This document shows, piece after piece, positions 19,581 through 27,768 of a DNA stretch of 64,000 bases. The DNA is taken from the NCBI GenBank assembly GCA_963707955.1, contig OY970176.1, positions 1,824,001 through 1,888,000 of the forward strand, in the 5' to 3' direction. The translations under genes were made by a program, and so were the position numbers. Origin of the DNA: Candidatus Bathyarchaeota archaeon (GTDB lineage: Archaea; Thermoproteota; Bathyarchaeia; Bathyarchaeales; Bathycorpusculaceae). Position 1 is the stretch's first letter. The number at the start of each line of letters is the position of its first letter. The notes under the pieces were generated by a model that was not told the origin of the DNA, searched no databases, and saw nothing but the letters and a program-made list of their open reading frames with translations.

Positions 19581-21080
19581 ATGGTTAACATCTTGGACGT
19601 TTCTTCTCCCATAATCAGTTTCGTCTTGTTTTCGCTTCTGACAATCCCTGTGGTTAAGGCCATCCGCAAAAGGCCTAGCAAGAGAACTGCTCTCTCTCTT
19701 TGCTGGTTTGCTATCGTTTTCGTCACTGCAACTGCAACTGTTGCCAACCTCGCGATAAAATATTACGACCAATCTTCATCCAACCCGTTCCTAACCTTAG
19801 CGCTGACAACCGGAACCAATACTGTGTTCTCAAGCGCTTTTCTGATAGACGCAATGTCGATTTACATGGCTATCATTTTCACAATTGTGGGTGCAGTTGT
19901 TTTTCTGTACGGCATGTTCTATGTTGATCTTGACGAGAAACTCTCAGAGAGATACTATGCTATCATGCTTATCGTAATTGGTTGCACAATAGGCGCTGCC
20001 TTCTCAGGGGATCTTCTGACCCTCTTCATTTTTTGGGAAGCCTCCGCCGCGGGTTCGAGCTTCTTGATGCTCTATCAGAGAACCCGCAAATCCTTGCATG
20101 CTACTCTGAGGTATTTAGTTATGATAATAATAGCTTCAGCATTCATAGTTTATGGACTTTCAATAGTGTACGGCATAACAGGCACTCTTAACTTCTGGGC
20201 AGTAAGACAAGCATTGATAGCCTTACCAGACAAACGATTGCTCGTAATCGCCTTCGTTTTTATTGCGACAGGCTACGCTATTGAAGCTGCCGTTGTGCCT
20301 TTTCACATGTGGCTTCCGGACGCTTACACGGCAGCACCAGCATCGTCTTCAGCCTTTCTTTCTGCTCTTGTAGACCAAGGAAGCTACTATGTTCTTTTGA
20401 GAGTTCTCGTTTACATTCTGACGCCAATGACTGTCTTGAACTGGACTGTTATGCTTGCTGTCTTCTCTGCATTGACGATGGTAGTAGGCAATATACTCGC
20501 TTTGACACAAAGAGACTTGAAACGCTTGATTGCGTACGTTTGCGTTGCAGATGTAGGTTACAATCTTGTGGCTATAACCAGCGTAACATCGCTCGGAATA
20601 ATGGGAAACCTCTTCTTCTTCTTGGTGGGAGGAATAACAACAGCTCTTGCCTTCATGAGTATTGGGCTCTTAAACCGCATGGGGTTCAAGACTCTGGATG
20701 ATCTCTCAGGAGCGGGCAGAAAAGCGCCGTTTACGAGCTTGGCTCTAGTCCTGAGCGTCTTTTCCTTTGCAGGCGTCCCGCCTCTTGCGGGCTTCATCGC
20801 AAAGTACTTGGTCTTCACCGCTGCGATAGAAGCAAACCTAGGCTGGCTAGCAGTAATCGGCGTCCTTGCCAGCGTCGTTCAGACCGCGTACTTGCTGAGA
20901 TTGGTTAATCGCATGTATGCAAGAACACCCCAAGAAAATGCAATCAGGATTAAGGAGCCGAGAAGGCTACTTGTGCCCATTTTCATTCTTGTTGCAGCAA
21001 TAATCATATTAGGCATCTATCCTACGATTGTTTTAAACCTCATCCAACCCGTAAGTCAGCAATTTCCGCGTATACCATAG
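19581..21080 (+). CDS. nuoN: NuoN-like antiporter subunit
   Basis: PFHMWLPDAYTAAP, VGNILALTQRDLKRLIAY, AGVPPLAGFIAKY. Confidence 0.9.
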   Translation: MVNILDVSSPIISFVLFSLLTIPVVKAIRKRPSKRTALSLCWFAIVFVTATATVANLAIKYYDQSSSNPFLTLALTTGTNTVFSSAFLIDAMSIYMAIIFTIVGAVVFLYGMFYVDLDEKLSERYYAIMLIVIGCTIGAAFSGDLLTLFIFWEASAAGSSFLMLYQRTRKSLHATLRYLVMIIIASAFIVYGLSIVYGITGTLNFWAVRQALIALPDKRLLVIAFVFIATGYAIEAAVVPFHMWLPDAYTAAPASSSAFLSALVDQGSYYVLLRVLVYILTPMTVLNWTVMLAVFSALTMVVGNILALTQRDLKRLIAYVCVADVGYNLVAITSVTSLGIMGNLFFFLVGGITTALAFMSIGLLNRMGFKTLDDLSGAGRKAPFTSLALVLSVFSFAGVPPLAGFIAKYLVFTAAIEANLGWLAVIGVLASVVQTAYLLRLVNRMYARTPQENAIRIKEPRRLLVPIFILVAAIIILGIYPTIVLNLIQPVSQQFPRIP

Positions 21081-21147
21081 CTTCTGTCGAAATTTCAGGT
21101 ATACATTTAAACATAATTTCCACCCTCTATAGATAGAGGGTCGAACC

Positions 21148-22680
21148 ATTCCTGAGAAGAAGAATAAACTAATCGCGTTTAATGATTTGGAACGATTGAT
21201 AATAGGGCCTGGGTTCTGCACTTTGTGTGGTGCGTGCGAAGCTGCCTGCCCAGTTCATGCAATAAAGGTGGAACATGACAGACCTTACAGGCTTCATGAT
21301 TGTTCTGACGATCTGGACTCTTGCCCGATCTGCTATGACACTTGCCCACACACTGATGCACTTCTGTTTGAAACGTTGAGGTTTGTTGCAGACGCTCCTC
21401 ATAGAAGAGAAAGCTTGGGCTATTACAGAAGGATTTTGCTCGCCCACGCCACTAATCCTACCTTGAGGGATGCTAGCAGAAGCGGAGGCGTCGTAACTGC
21501 ACTTCTTAATTTTGCCATCACCGAAAAAATAATCGACAGTGCCGTGGTCTCAGAAGCCTCGTCTAGAGTGCCTATTAAGATTAACCCTTCAATAAGCCTC
21601 GTACCAGATGATACGCTTTCCGCCGTGGACGCCAAGATCGTGCCTTCTGCAGTGGCAGAGGCTTTTGGTCGGGCAGTTTTTGAGCACGGCAAGCTGAACA
21701 TCGCTTTTGTTGGTATTCCATGCCATATTGTTGCACTTCGAAAACTTGAAGCTTGGCATCACAAGATGATGGGAAGCCTTCGAATAACTATAGGGCTCTT
21801 CTGCCTTTGGACTTTCTCCTTGGGTAAACTCCTCGAATACCTTCTGGACAAATACAGCATTGCGGCTAACGAGATTCAAAACGTTGATTTGACGGCGAAT
21901 GAGTACGTTGTAACCACGGAAAACGGTGTTGTTCGAATCCCACTTTCGGAAGCTAAATCTTACGTTATGAATCGCTGTAGGACTTGCACCTACTTCACTT
22001 CGCAACTTGCTGACCTGAGCGTTGGCGGAGCAGGCCCATTGAAAGACTGGTCTATAGTCATCATCAGAACCAAACAGGGCGAAGACTTCTTCAACAGTGC
22101 TGTCAGAGAGGGCGTAATAACAACTAAGAAGACAGAAACTGAACCAGACGCCTTGGCTCACCTGCTTCAGTTGGCCTCGTACAAGAGACAGTCTGCTTTT
22201 AAGGAAATCGAGGCTATGAAAAAAGTAGGTGTTGCCGTCCCTACCGGCGTGGAGCTTTTCTACAAAACTGCATCCACCGAAATCAGTACGCTGCAGGAAG
22301 TGAAAGTGAGAGAGATTATGACAAGAAAAGTGATCACTCTACCGCCAGCAATGACAGTTGATGAGCTCCTCGACAAAATAGCTAAACATCACCACACTGG
22401 CTTCCCAGTAATAGATGAATTAAACAGAATTGTGGGGATCGTTACCTTGCAGGATGCAATGAAGGTCGCCAAAGAGAATCGAAACAGTGTTTCTGTCCAG
22501 GAGATTGCTACAAAAGATCTGCTTGTAGTTTTTCCCGATGACACCGCTGCTAGGGCCCTCGAGAAAATGAGCCAGCACGATGTTGGAAGACTCCTCGTTG
22601 TGGATGGAAAGCACAAGCTTTCGCTGTTGGGAATTTTAACAAGAAGCGATGTGATGCATGCGCTAAGAAAGAATGTTTAA
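21148..22680 (+). CDS. Ferredoxin-FrhB/FpoF-family (F420-binding beta-subunit-like) protein fused to a C-terminal CBS pair
   Basis: CTLCGACEAACP...CPICYDTCP; SGGVVTALL; VGIPCHI; IGLFC; CRTC...ADLSVGG...WSIVIIRT; then IMTRKVITL...HTGFPVID...VGRLLVVD...GILTRSD. ORF track start is 21187. Confidence 0.9.
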   Translation: MPEKKNKLIAFNDLERLIIGPGFCTLCGACEAACPVHAIKVEHDRPYRLHDCSDDLDSCPICYDTCPHTDALLFETLRFVADAPHRRESLGYYRRILLAHATNPTLRDASRSGGVVTALLNFAITEKIIDSAVVSEASSRVPIKINPSISLVPDDTLSAVDAKIVPSAVAEAFGRAVFEHGKLNIAFVGIPCHIVALRKLEAWHHKMMGSLRITIGLFCLWTFSLGKLLEYLLDKYSIAANEIQNVDLTANEYVVTTENGVVRIPLSEAKSYVMNRCRTCTYFTSQLADLSVGGAGPLKDWSIVIIRTKQGEDFFNSAVREGVITTKKTETEPDALAHLLQLASYKRQSAFKEIEAMKKVGVAVPTGVELFYKTASTEISTLQEVKVREIMTRKVITLPPAMTVDELLDKIAKHHHTGFPVIDELNRIVGIVTLQDAMKVAKENRNSVSVQEIATKDLLVVFPDDTAARALEKMSQHDVGRLLVVDGKHKLSLLGILTRSDVMHALRKNV

Positions 22681-22737
22681 CGTGTATACTGATGTGTGCG
22701 CTAGGAAGACTTAATTGCTTCTTGCGGCGGATCTGTT

Positions 22738-23163
22738 TTGAAGATTATGCACTTCGTTAAAGAGATGATGAGGCCTGTCGTTAAGATAGGTTCGCAGCAA
22801 ACGGTTCTAGAAGCTGCGAAGCTTATGAGAGATTGTGGTCGGAGCAGCTTGGTCGTTATGGAGGGAAATATCGCTGTTGGTATAGTGACCGAGAAAGACT
22901 TTATTACGAGAGTCGCAGCGGAAAACCTCCCTTGCACTACGCTAGTTTCGCAGGTTATGTCCTCGCCTCTCAAAACGGTTGATGCTAACACACCTCTGAA
23001 GGAAGCTGCTAGAATCATGTTCGAAAATAAGATAAGACGGCTCCCAGTCGTGGAGGGTGGAGCATTAGCAGGAATTATAGTTGCGTCAGATTTTCTGTCC
23101 CAACTGTCCAAGAAAACCCTGACTGAGGAAATCTGGGGGGCGCTAACTAGCTCTAGCCTCTAA
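22738..23163 (+). CDS. CBS-pair protein
   Basis: GIVTEKDFITRV...VMSSPL...KIRRLPVV; paralog of 4541..4965. Confidence 0.9.
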   Translation: MKIMHFVKEMMRPVVKIGSQQTVLEAAKLMRDCGRSSLVVMEGNIAVGIVTEKDFITRVAAENLPCTTLVSQVMSSPLKTVDANTPLKEAARIMFENKIRRLPVVEGGALAGIIVASDFLSQLSKKTLTEEIWGALTSSSL

Positions 23164-23194
23164 AATCGATAAGGGAAAGAACCAACGAGGCCAG

Positions 23195-23395
23195 AGAACT
23201 GGCTTGGATTTCCATAAAACAGTCCGTTCGCGCCAGCAGTGTTCACGGCGGTTGTTGCAAACAGTCCTGTGGCTATAGAACCTCATATTCCGCCGACACC
23301 GTGGCACGCGAAAACATCCAAAGTGCTATCAAGACGTGTCCGCGCACGACACCTTGAAACCAAATTGGATACGGCATCCGCAATCAAACATATGA
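23195..23395 (-). pseudogene. Ammonium transporter (Amt) C-terminal fragment
   Basis: [46 protein letters not shown] with an in-frame stop at a conserved Trp. Confidence 0.8.
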
Positions 23396-23462
23396 CGATG
23401 GCTGAAGCGTGCGTTCCTAGAAGCTAATGCACGCTTAAATATGGCTTCTAGCGTGAAAGATA

Positions 23463-23666
23463 ATGGGGATTCGTGGAATGTATAGACTTGCCAAGCTGAC
23501 TGCCACTCAACTTAATGATATCAGGAAGCTTGAAGCTAAGTGGAAGGGCGTTGTGGTCTTGGCGTACGAGAAGGCACCAGAACCGGCGAACCTCTCCGAG
23601 GAACAACTGAGAAGACTTCAAAAATTGGAGAAAGAACTGGGCGTAGTTCTGATAGCATACAAATAG
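23463..23666 (+). CDS. Small protein made of two ~30-aa repeats
   Basis: AKLTATQLNDIRKLEAKWKGVVVLAYE / ANLSEEQLRRLQKLEKELGVVLIAYK. Confidence 0.75.
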   Translation: MGIRGMYRLAKLTATQLNDIRKLEAKWKGVVVLAYEKAPEPANLSEEQLRRLQKLEKELGVVLIAYK

Positions 23667-23772
23667 CCAAGGGCACGTGGAAACGTCAAATCTTGGTTGC
23701 AAAGGATGAGCCATACGCGACTACCATAATTGTTATCAATAAAGACCGACGTTTGTACCATGTGGTGATGTT

Positions 23773-23997
23773 TTGAGCTCAAAGCATAGGACGTTCAAGA
23801 AAAACTTTGAGACGGAGATGCGGGTTAACAACGTAAGATTACCACTGAACCATTTCGTGCAGGAAGCCTTGGCTAACATGATGATAGGTTTCTCAAAAAC
23901 TCTCAAACACGTCGAAGGAGAGGCTCCGGCAAGCATAGAAATAAGAATAAAAAGGCTTCCGAAGCAACTTGAAGTGGACGCTCACACCTACCCTTAA
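23773..23997 (+). CDS. Stand-alone MobB C-terminal-domain-like protein
   Basis: VNNVRLPLNHFVQEALANMMIGFSKTLK...IEIRI resembles the C-terminal extension of MobB proteins. Confidence 0.6.
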   Translation: MSSKHRTFKKNFETEMRVNNVRLPLNHFVQEALANMMIGFSKTLKHVEGEAPASIEIRIKRLPKQLEVDAHTYP

Positions 23998-24101
23998 AAC
24001 GCGTCGCTTATGATCTACGTTGAGTATCCGCCTTTCTTGACGCTCAAAGACCCGTGAACAAGACTTGAATCTGACTATAAGAATTACTACCGTGAGATAG
24101 C

Positions 24102-24845
24102 ATGTTTGAATTGGCTGGAAAAACGGCGCTCGTAACGGGCGGGGCTAAGCGTATCGGTAAGGCTATCGCTGTTGGATTGGCGAAACAAGGTGCAAATATC
24201 ATCATACATTATGGCAAGTCTGAAAATGAAGCAAGAGAATTGCGAGATGAAATAGTTGAGATAGGTCGCAAGTCTTGGATCGTCAGTGCTGATCTTGGGA
24301 ATCCTGAATTGTGCAAGGAACTGATCGCTCAGGCTTACGGATTATCTGGAGAAATTGACATACTTGTCAACAATGCTTCCATTTTCTCAGCCAATGGCGT
24401 GAACGATGTCAGACTCGAAGACATCGAGGTTAACATGTTGACCAATGCGTGGGCCCCCTTCTTATTGAGTAGGTATTTCTCTGAAAAAACCGATCATGGA
24501 AAAATAGTCAATATTCTGGACACAAGAGTTGCCGGGTATGACTTCAATCACTTCGCATACTATCTCAGCAAAAGAATGCTTGAAATCTTGACAAGGTCGA
24601 TGGCGCTGAAGCTGGCACCCAACATAACTGTCAACGCCATAGCACCCGGACTGATACTTCCTCCCCAGGGCAAAGACTACGTTTATCTTGAGCAGAAAAA
24701 GGACACAGTTCCGCTGAAAAAGTATGGGTCGGTTTCGGACATAGTTGAAACAGTCATTTTTCTCCTCAGGAGTGATTTTGTAACAGGACAAATAGTCTAT
24801 GTCGATGGGGGCAAACATTTGACCCAGACCATAGAGGGTCTGTGA
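24102..24845 (+). CDS. Pteridine reductase / FolM-like SDR
   Basis: TGGAKRIG, IIIHY, VNNAS, YYLSK, NAIAPG, VDGG; adjacent to folB and folK. Confidence 0.85.
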   Translation: MFELAGKTALVTGGAKRIGKAIAVGLAKQGANIIIHYGKSENEARELRDEIVEIGRKSWIVSADLGNPELCKELIAQAYGLSGEIDILVNNASIFSANGVNDVRLEDIEVNMLTNAWAPFLLSRYFSEKTDHGKIVNILDTRVAGYDFNHFAYYLSKRMLEILTRSMALKLAPNITVNAIAPGLILPPQGKDYVYLEQKKDTVPLKKYGSVSDIVETVIFLLRSDFVTGQIVYVDGGKHLTQTIEGL

Positions 24846-24866
24846 AAATCTAGGAAGATCTCGCTT

Positions 24867-25244
24867 ATGGAAAAAAGAAGTGAACGAGATATGGACAAGA
24901 TTCTGATCAAAGACCTGCGTTTAAGATGTATCATAGGAATTGACGAGTTTGAGCGTAGGGAAAAGCAGGATGTGGCAATCAACGTTGTTATCTGGTCGAA
25001 TTTGACCGAGGCAGCTAAGACAGACGACATACGCAAGAGTGTTGACTACAAAGAAATAACCAAGCGCATCATAAGGCTAGTGGAAGGGTCAGAGTTTCGC
25101 CTTGTTGAGACGTTAGCAGAAAAAGTGGCAGAGAGTTGTCTTGAACACGCACGAGTCCAAAAAGTTAGGGTGACCGTTGAGAAGCCTGGGGCGCTCCGAT
25201 TTGCCAGAAGCGTAGGAGTAAGCATACTTCGAAAAAGGGACTAG
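24867..25244 (+). CDS. folB: Dihydroneopterin aldolase (FolB/FolX family)
   Basis: DKILIKDL...IIGI..FERREKQ...SVDY...LVETLAE...VEKPGA. Confidence 0.9.
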   Translation: MEKRSERDMDKILIKDLRLRCIIGIDEFERREKQDVAINVVIWSNLTEAAKTDDIRKSVDYKEITKRIIRLVEGSEFRLVETLAEKVAESCLEHARVQKVRVTVEKPGALRFARSVGVSILRKRD

Positions 25245-25253
25245 TCTTCGGCC

Positions 25254-25781
25254 ATGACCGTGGCTTTCCTTTCCTTAGGTTCTAACATCGAGCCAGAAAA
25301 AAACATGCTTGAAGCAGTGAGGCTGCTGTCTCATCATGTCAAGGTGCTGAAGGCGTCAACAGTTTATCTCACTGAACCGTTGCAGCGGAAATCGCAGCCG
25401 GCATATTACAACTGCGTCATTAAAATCGAAACGGACATCGAGCCTTGCAAGTTGAAATTTGACGTGTTGAGAGTCATCGAAAACGAATTGGGAAGGAAAA
25501 GAACCGAAGACAAGTTCGAATCCCGAACAATCGACATAGACATAATACTCTATGGAAATCTAGTCTTTTCAACAAAAGAGCTGACTCTTCCAGACCCAGA
25601 TATACAGAGAAGAGCGTTCTTGGCCATACCTCTATCAGAAATTGAACCCGACTTGGCGTTGCCAATTGGAAATAAGCCTATGAGAGAAATAGCAGACCGA
25701 TTTAAGAAACAATCCAAGATCAAGGAGCTGAAGAGTTTCACTGAAACATTGCAAGGTCTAGTTAGAAGTTTACGCATGTAG
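25254..25781 (+). CDS. folK: 6-hydroxymethyl-7,8-dihydropterin pyrophosphokinase
   Basis: LSLGSNI, YLTEP, IENELGR, RTIDIDIILYG, LPDP. Confidence 0.92.
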   Translation: MTVAFLSLGSNIEPEKNMLEAVRLLSHHVKVLKASTVYLTEPLQRKSQPAYYNCVIKIETDIEPCKLKFDVLRVIENELGRKRTEDKFESRTIDIDIILYGNLVFSTKELTLPDPDIQRRAFLAIPLSEIEPDLALPIGNKPMREIADRFKKQSKIKELKSFTETLQGLVRSLRM

Positions 25782-26336
25782 GATTTTCAGTGCTTCTTCC
25801 TTTGTGGAAGGATGCTTTTCAAAGTTGCCTCTAATTGCGCTGGAAACTGTTTGAACGTGGTGTGCCCGCGGTCCACGCATCTCCATGCAAAGGTGTCTTG
25901 CTTTGATCAGGACAAGCACTCCTCTCGCTTTTAGTTTTTCGTACAAATAATCAGCTAATTGTTTTGTCAAGTCTTCTTGAACCTGCGGTCTTGAAGCAAA
26001 GTATTTCACTATCCGCGGGAGTTTTGATAGCCCCACGATTTTTTCGCCAGGTATGTAGGCAATCGAGACTTCCCCGAATATCGGCAACAAGTGGTGAGCG
26101 CAAAGAGAGTAGAAAGGAATCCGCTTTATGGCCAGAATGTCGCGATAGCCCGGGTTATCGAAAAGTGTGAGTCTAGGCTCACTGGTTTTAGCCAACCCCG
26201 AAAAAATCTCCGTGTAAAGCCTTGCTACTCTCTTCGGGGTATTTCTGTACATCTCAGATTTCTTGTCTATGTCGAACTCGTCTAGGATGGATCTAACAGA
26301 GTTTTCGATCCTTCCGCGGCATCCTTCGTCTTTCAT
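25770..26336 (-). CDS. folE: GTP cyclohydrolase I (bacterial FolE type)
   Basis: TPKRVA, SLCAHHLLP, GLSKLPR, RPQVQE, HLCMEMRG. Confidence 0.95.
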   Translation of the reverse strand: MKDEGCRGRIENSVRSILDEFDIDKKSEMYRNTPKRVARLYTEIFSGLAKTSEPRLTLFDNPGYRDILAIKRIPFYSLCAHHLLPIFGEVSIAYIPGEKIVGLSKLPRIVKYFASRPQVQEDLTKQLADYLYEKLKARGVLVLIKARHLCMEMRGPRAHHVQTVSSAIRGNFEKHPSTKEEALKILHA

Positions 26337-26400
26337 GGCCGTTCACGGTTCCACATATTGCCTTTGATGAAGCTTGGTCAAATGAGGGATTTTTATCTTC

Positions 26401-26679
26401 CTATGCCAGTTTTATATTATCAATTCTTGACGCGAGTGCAAAATCATTCTTCGATAAGCCTTTGACGGCATGTGTGGTCAGTGTTAGTTTTACGTTGTTC
26501 CAACTCCATAGCAGAATGTCAGGGTGGTGATTCTCTGATTCTGCAACGTCTGCGACTTTGTTAATAAACTCAATCGCTTTCCTGAAATTGCTGAACTTAT
26601 AGTTTTTTTCAATAGCATCGCCGACTAGCTTCCAATCTTTAACTTGGTTGAGATACTTCTCTGCCTCTTCCTTCAACAT
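26401..26679 (-). CDS. Pterin-4a-carbinolamine dehydratase (PCD/PhhB); N-terminus probably frameshifted near 26682
   Basis: AESENHHPDI...LTTH...GLSKNDF; an upstream shifted frame reads DLLLAKCNPVEVGVA. Confidence 0.9.
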   Translation of the reverse strand: MLKEEAEKYLNQVKDWKLVGDAIEKNYKFSNFRKAIEFINKVADVAESENHHPDILLWSWNNVKLTLTTHAVKGLSKNDFALASRIDNIKLA

Positions 26680-26788
26680 TGGCTACGCCTACCTCCACAG
26701 GATTACACTTTGCCAAAAGCAAATCAGTAGTGAACAGCTAAAATGACTTGCGTTCACTTCATATGCTTGCCTAGTAGAAATCTACTTG

Positions 26789-27013
26789 TTAGGTTTCGGT
26801 GACTTTTATGACGCTTACTGGGCAGCTGCATTCTGCTGCTTGCGCGTCTGCAATTTTTGAATCGTCGAAGCTGCCTGTCGATCTGCCATTGCTCTTGCCG
26901 CCTACTACTTTTGATTTTCCTTCTGCGTCACTCTCGAAATGAGCAGGATCAATCGTGTAGCAGGTTGCGCAGGCTATGCAGTTGTCCCTGTCAACCTCAA
27001 TTTTGTAAGTCAA
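26789..27013 (-). CDS. Monocluster ferredoxin
   Basis: CIACATC...CPVSVI. Confidence 0.9.
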   Translation of the reverse strand: MTYKIEVDRDNCIACATCYTIDPAHFESDAEGKSKVVGGKSNGRSTGSFDDSKIADAQAAECSCPVSVIKVTET

Positions 27014-27220
27014 CTGGCCATTCCTCTGTGATTTGCAACTATGGACTCATTTGTGCGTCTGTTGTTGGCTTGGCTTCGTATGTGAGCCCACGAGGACCAC
27101 TTTGTCTGCGCGCGCTTTTCTTGTTAGCTCAAAATTTATATATAAATCTCTCGGACATCGTTAAGGTACGCCCAGAGAGCTCGATTGGAGCAAGAGTCTT
27201 GCAACGGAAGGTGATAAAGA

Positions 27221-27667
27221 GTGGGAATCGGCGAGTCAATTAAAACAGGTCATGACGAGTACAGAAGGTTCTTCGCAAAACTGTTCAAGACTACTCCAAA
27301 AGATGCAGAGTTGCGCGAGCAATTGTTCACTGACTTTCAGAGGAAGCTATATGCACACCATGAAGCCGAGGAACTGACGATTCTTCCGCGTATGACCAAG
27401 ATTCCGGACCTGAGAGATATGGCCCTTGAGCTCGAAGTAGAGCATGCAGACATGAAGGTGCATTTTGAAGCTCTTATAAAGGAAGGCTTCGACAGAGAGA
27501 TTTGGCGTTACAAGTTGGCGCCGCTGTATGACATCATGCACGCTCATTGGCTGAAAGAGGAGGAAACTATGATACCCTTCGGACCAGACTACTTCTCAAA
27601 GAGCGAGTGGGAAGATTTTGGCAAGAGGTTCGACGAAATAGTTGAGGATTATTTGAAAAACCACTAA
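27221..27667 (+). CDS. Hemerythrin-like (HHE) domain protein
   Basis: GH...HHEAEE...EH...HWLKEE. Confidence 0.85.
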   Translation: MGIGESIKTGHDEYRRFFAKLFKTTPKDAELREQLFTDFQRKLYAHHEAEELTILPRMTKIPDLRDMALELEVEHADMKVHFEALIKEGFDREIWRYKLAPLYDIMHAHWLKEEETMIPFGPDYFSKSEWEDFGKRFDEIVEDYLKNH

Positions 27668-27768
27668 AGCAACACGCGCGTCAATCATGGCTACATTGGC
27701 AAGTATTAATACGCACCAATTTTGCAGAGACAGTCTACCAGCGCATGCTTATTGCGGTCGGTGCTGCA

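Noticed and set aside
9800-21080. Ordinary NADH:quinone oxidoreductase
   Set aside because: No NuoE/F/G, and the D subunit retains the [NiFe] cysteine motifs
23290-23300. In-frame TGA in the Amt fragment as recoding (Trp or Sec)
   Set aside because: The fragment is truncated at both ends and TGA is a normal stop in many genes here
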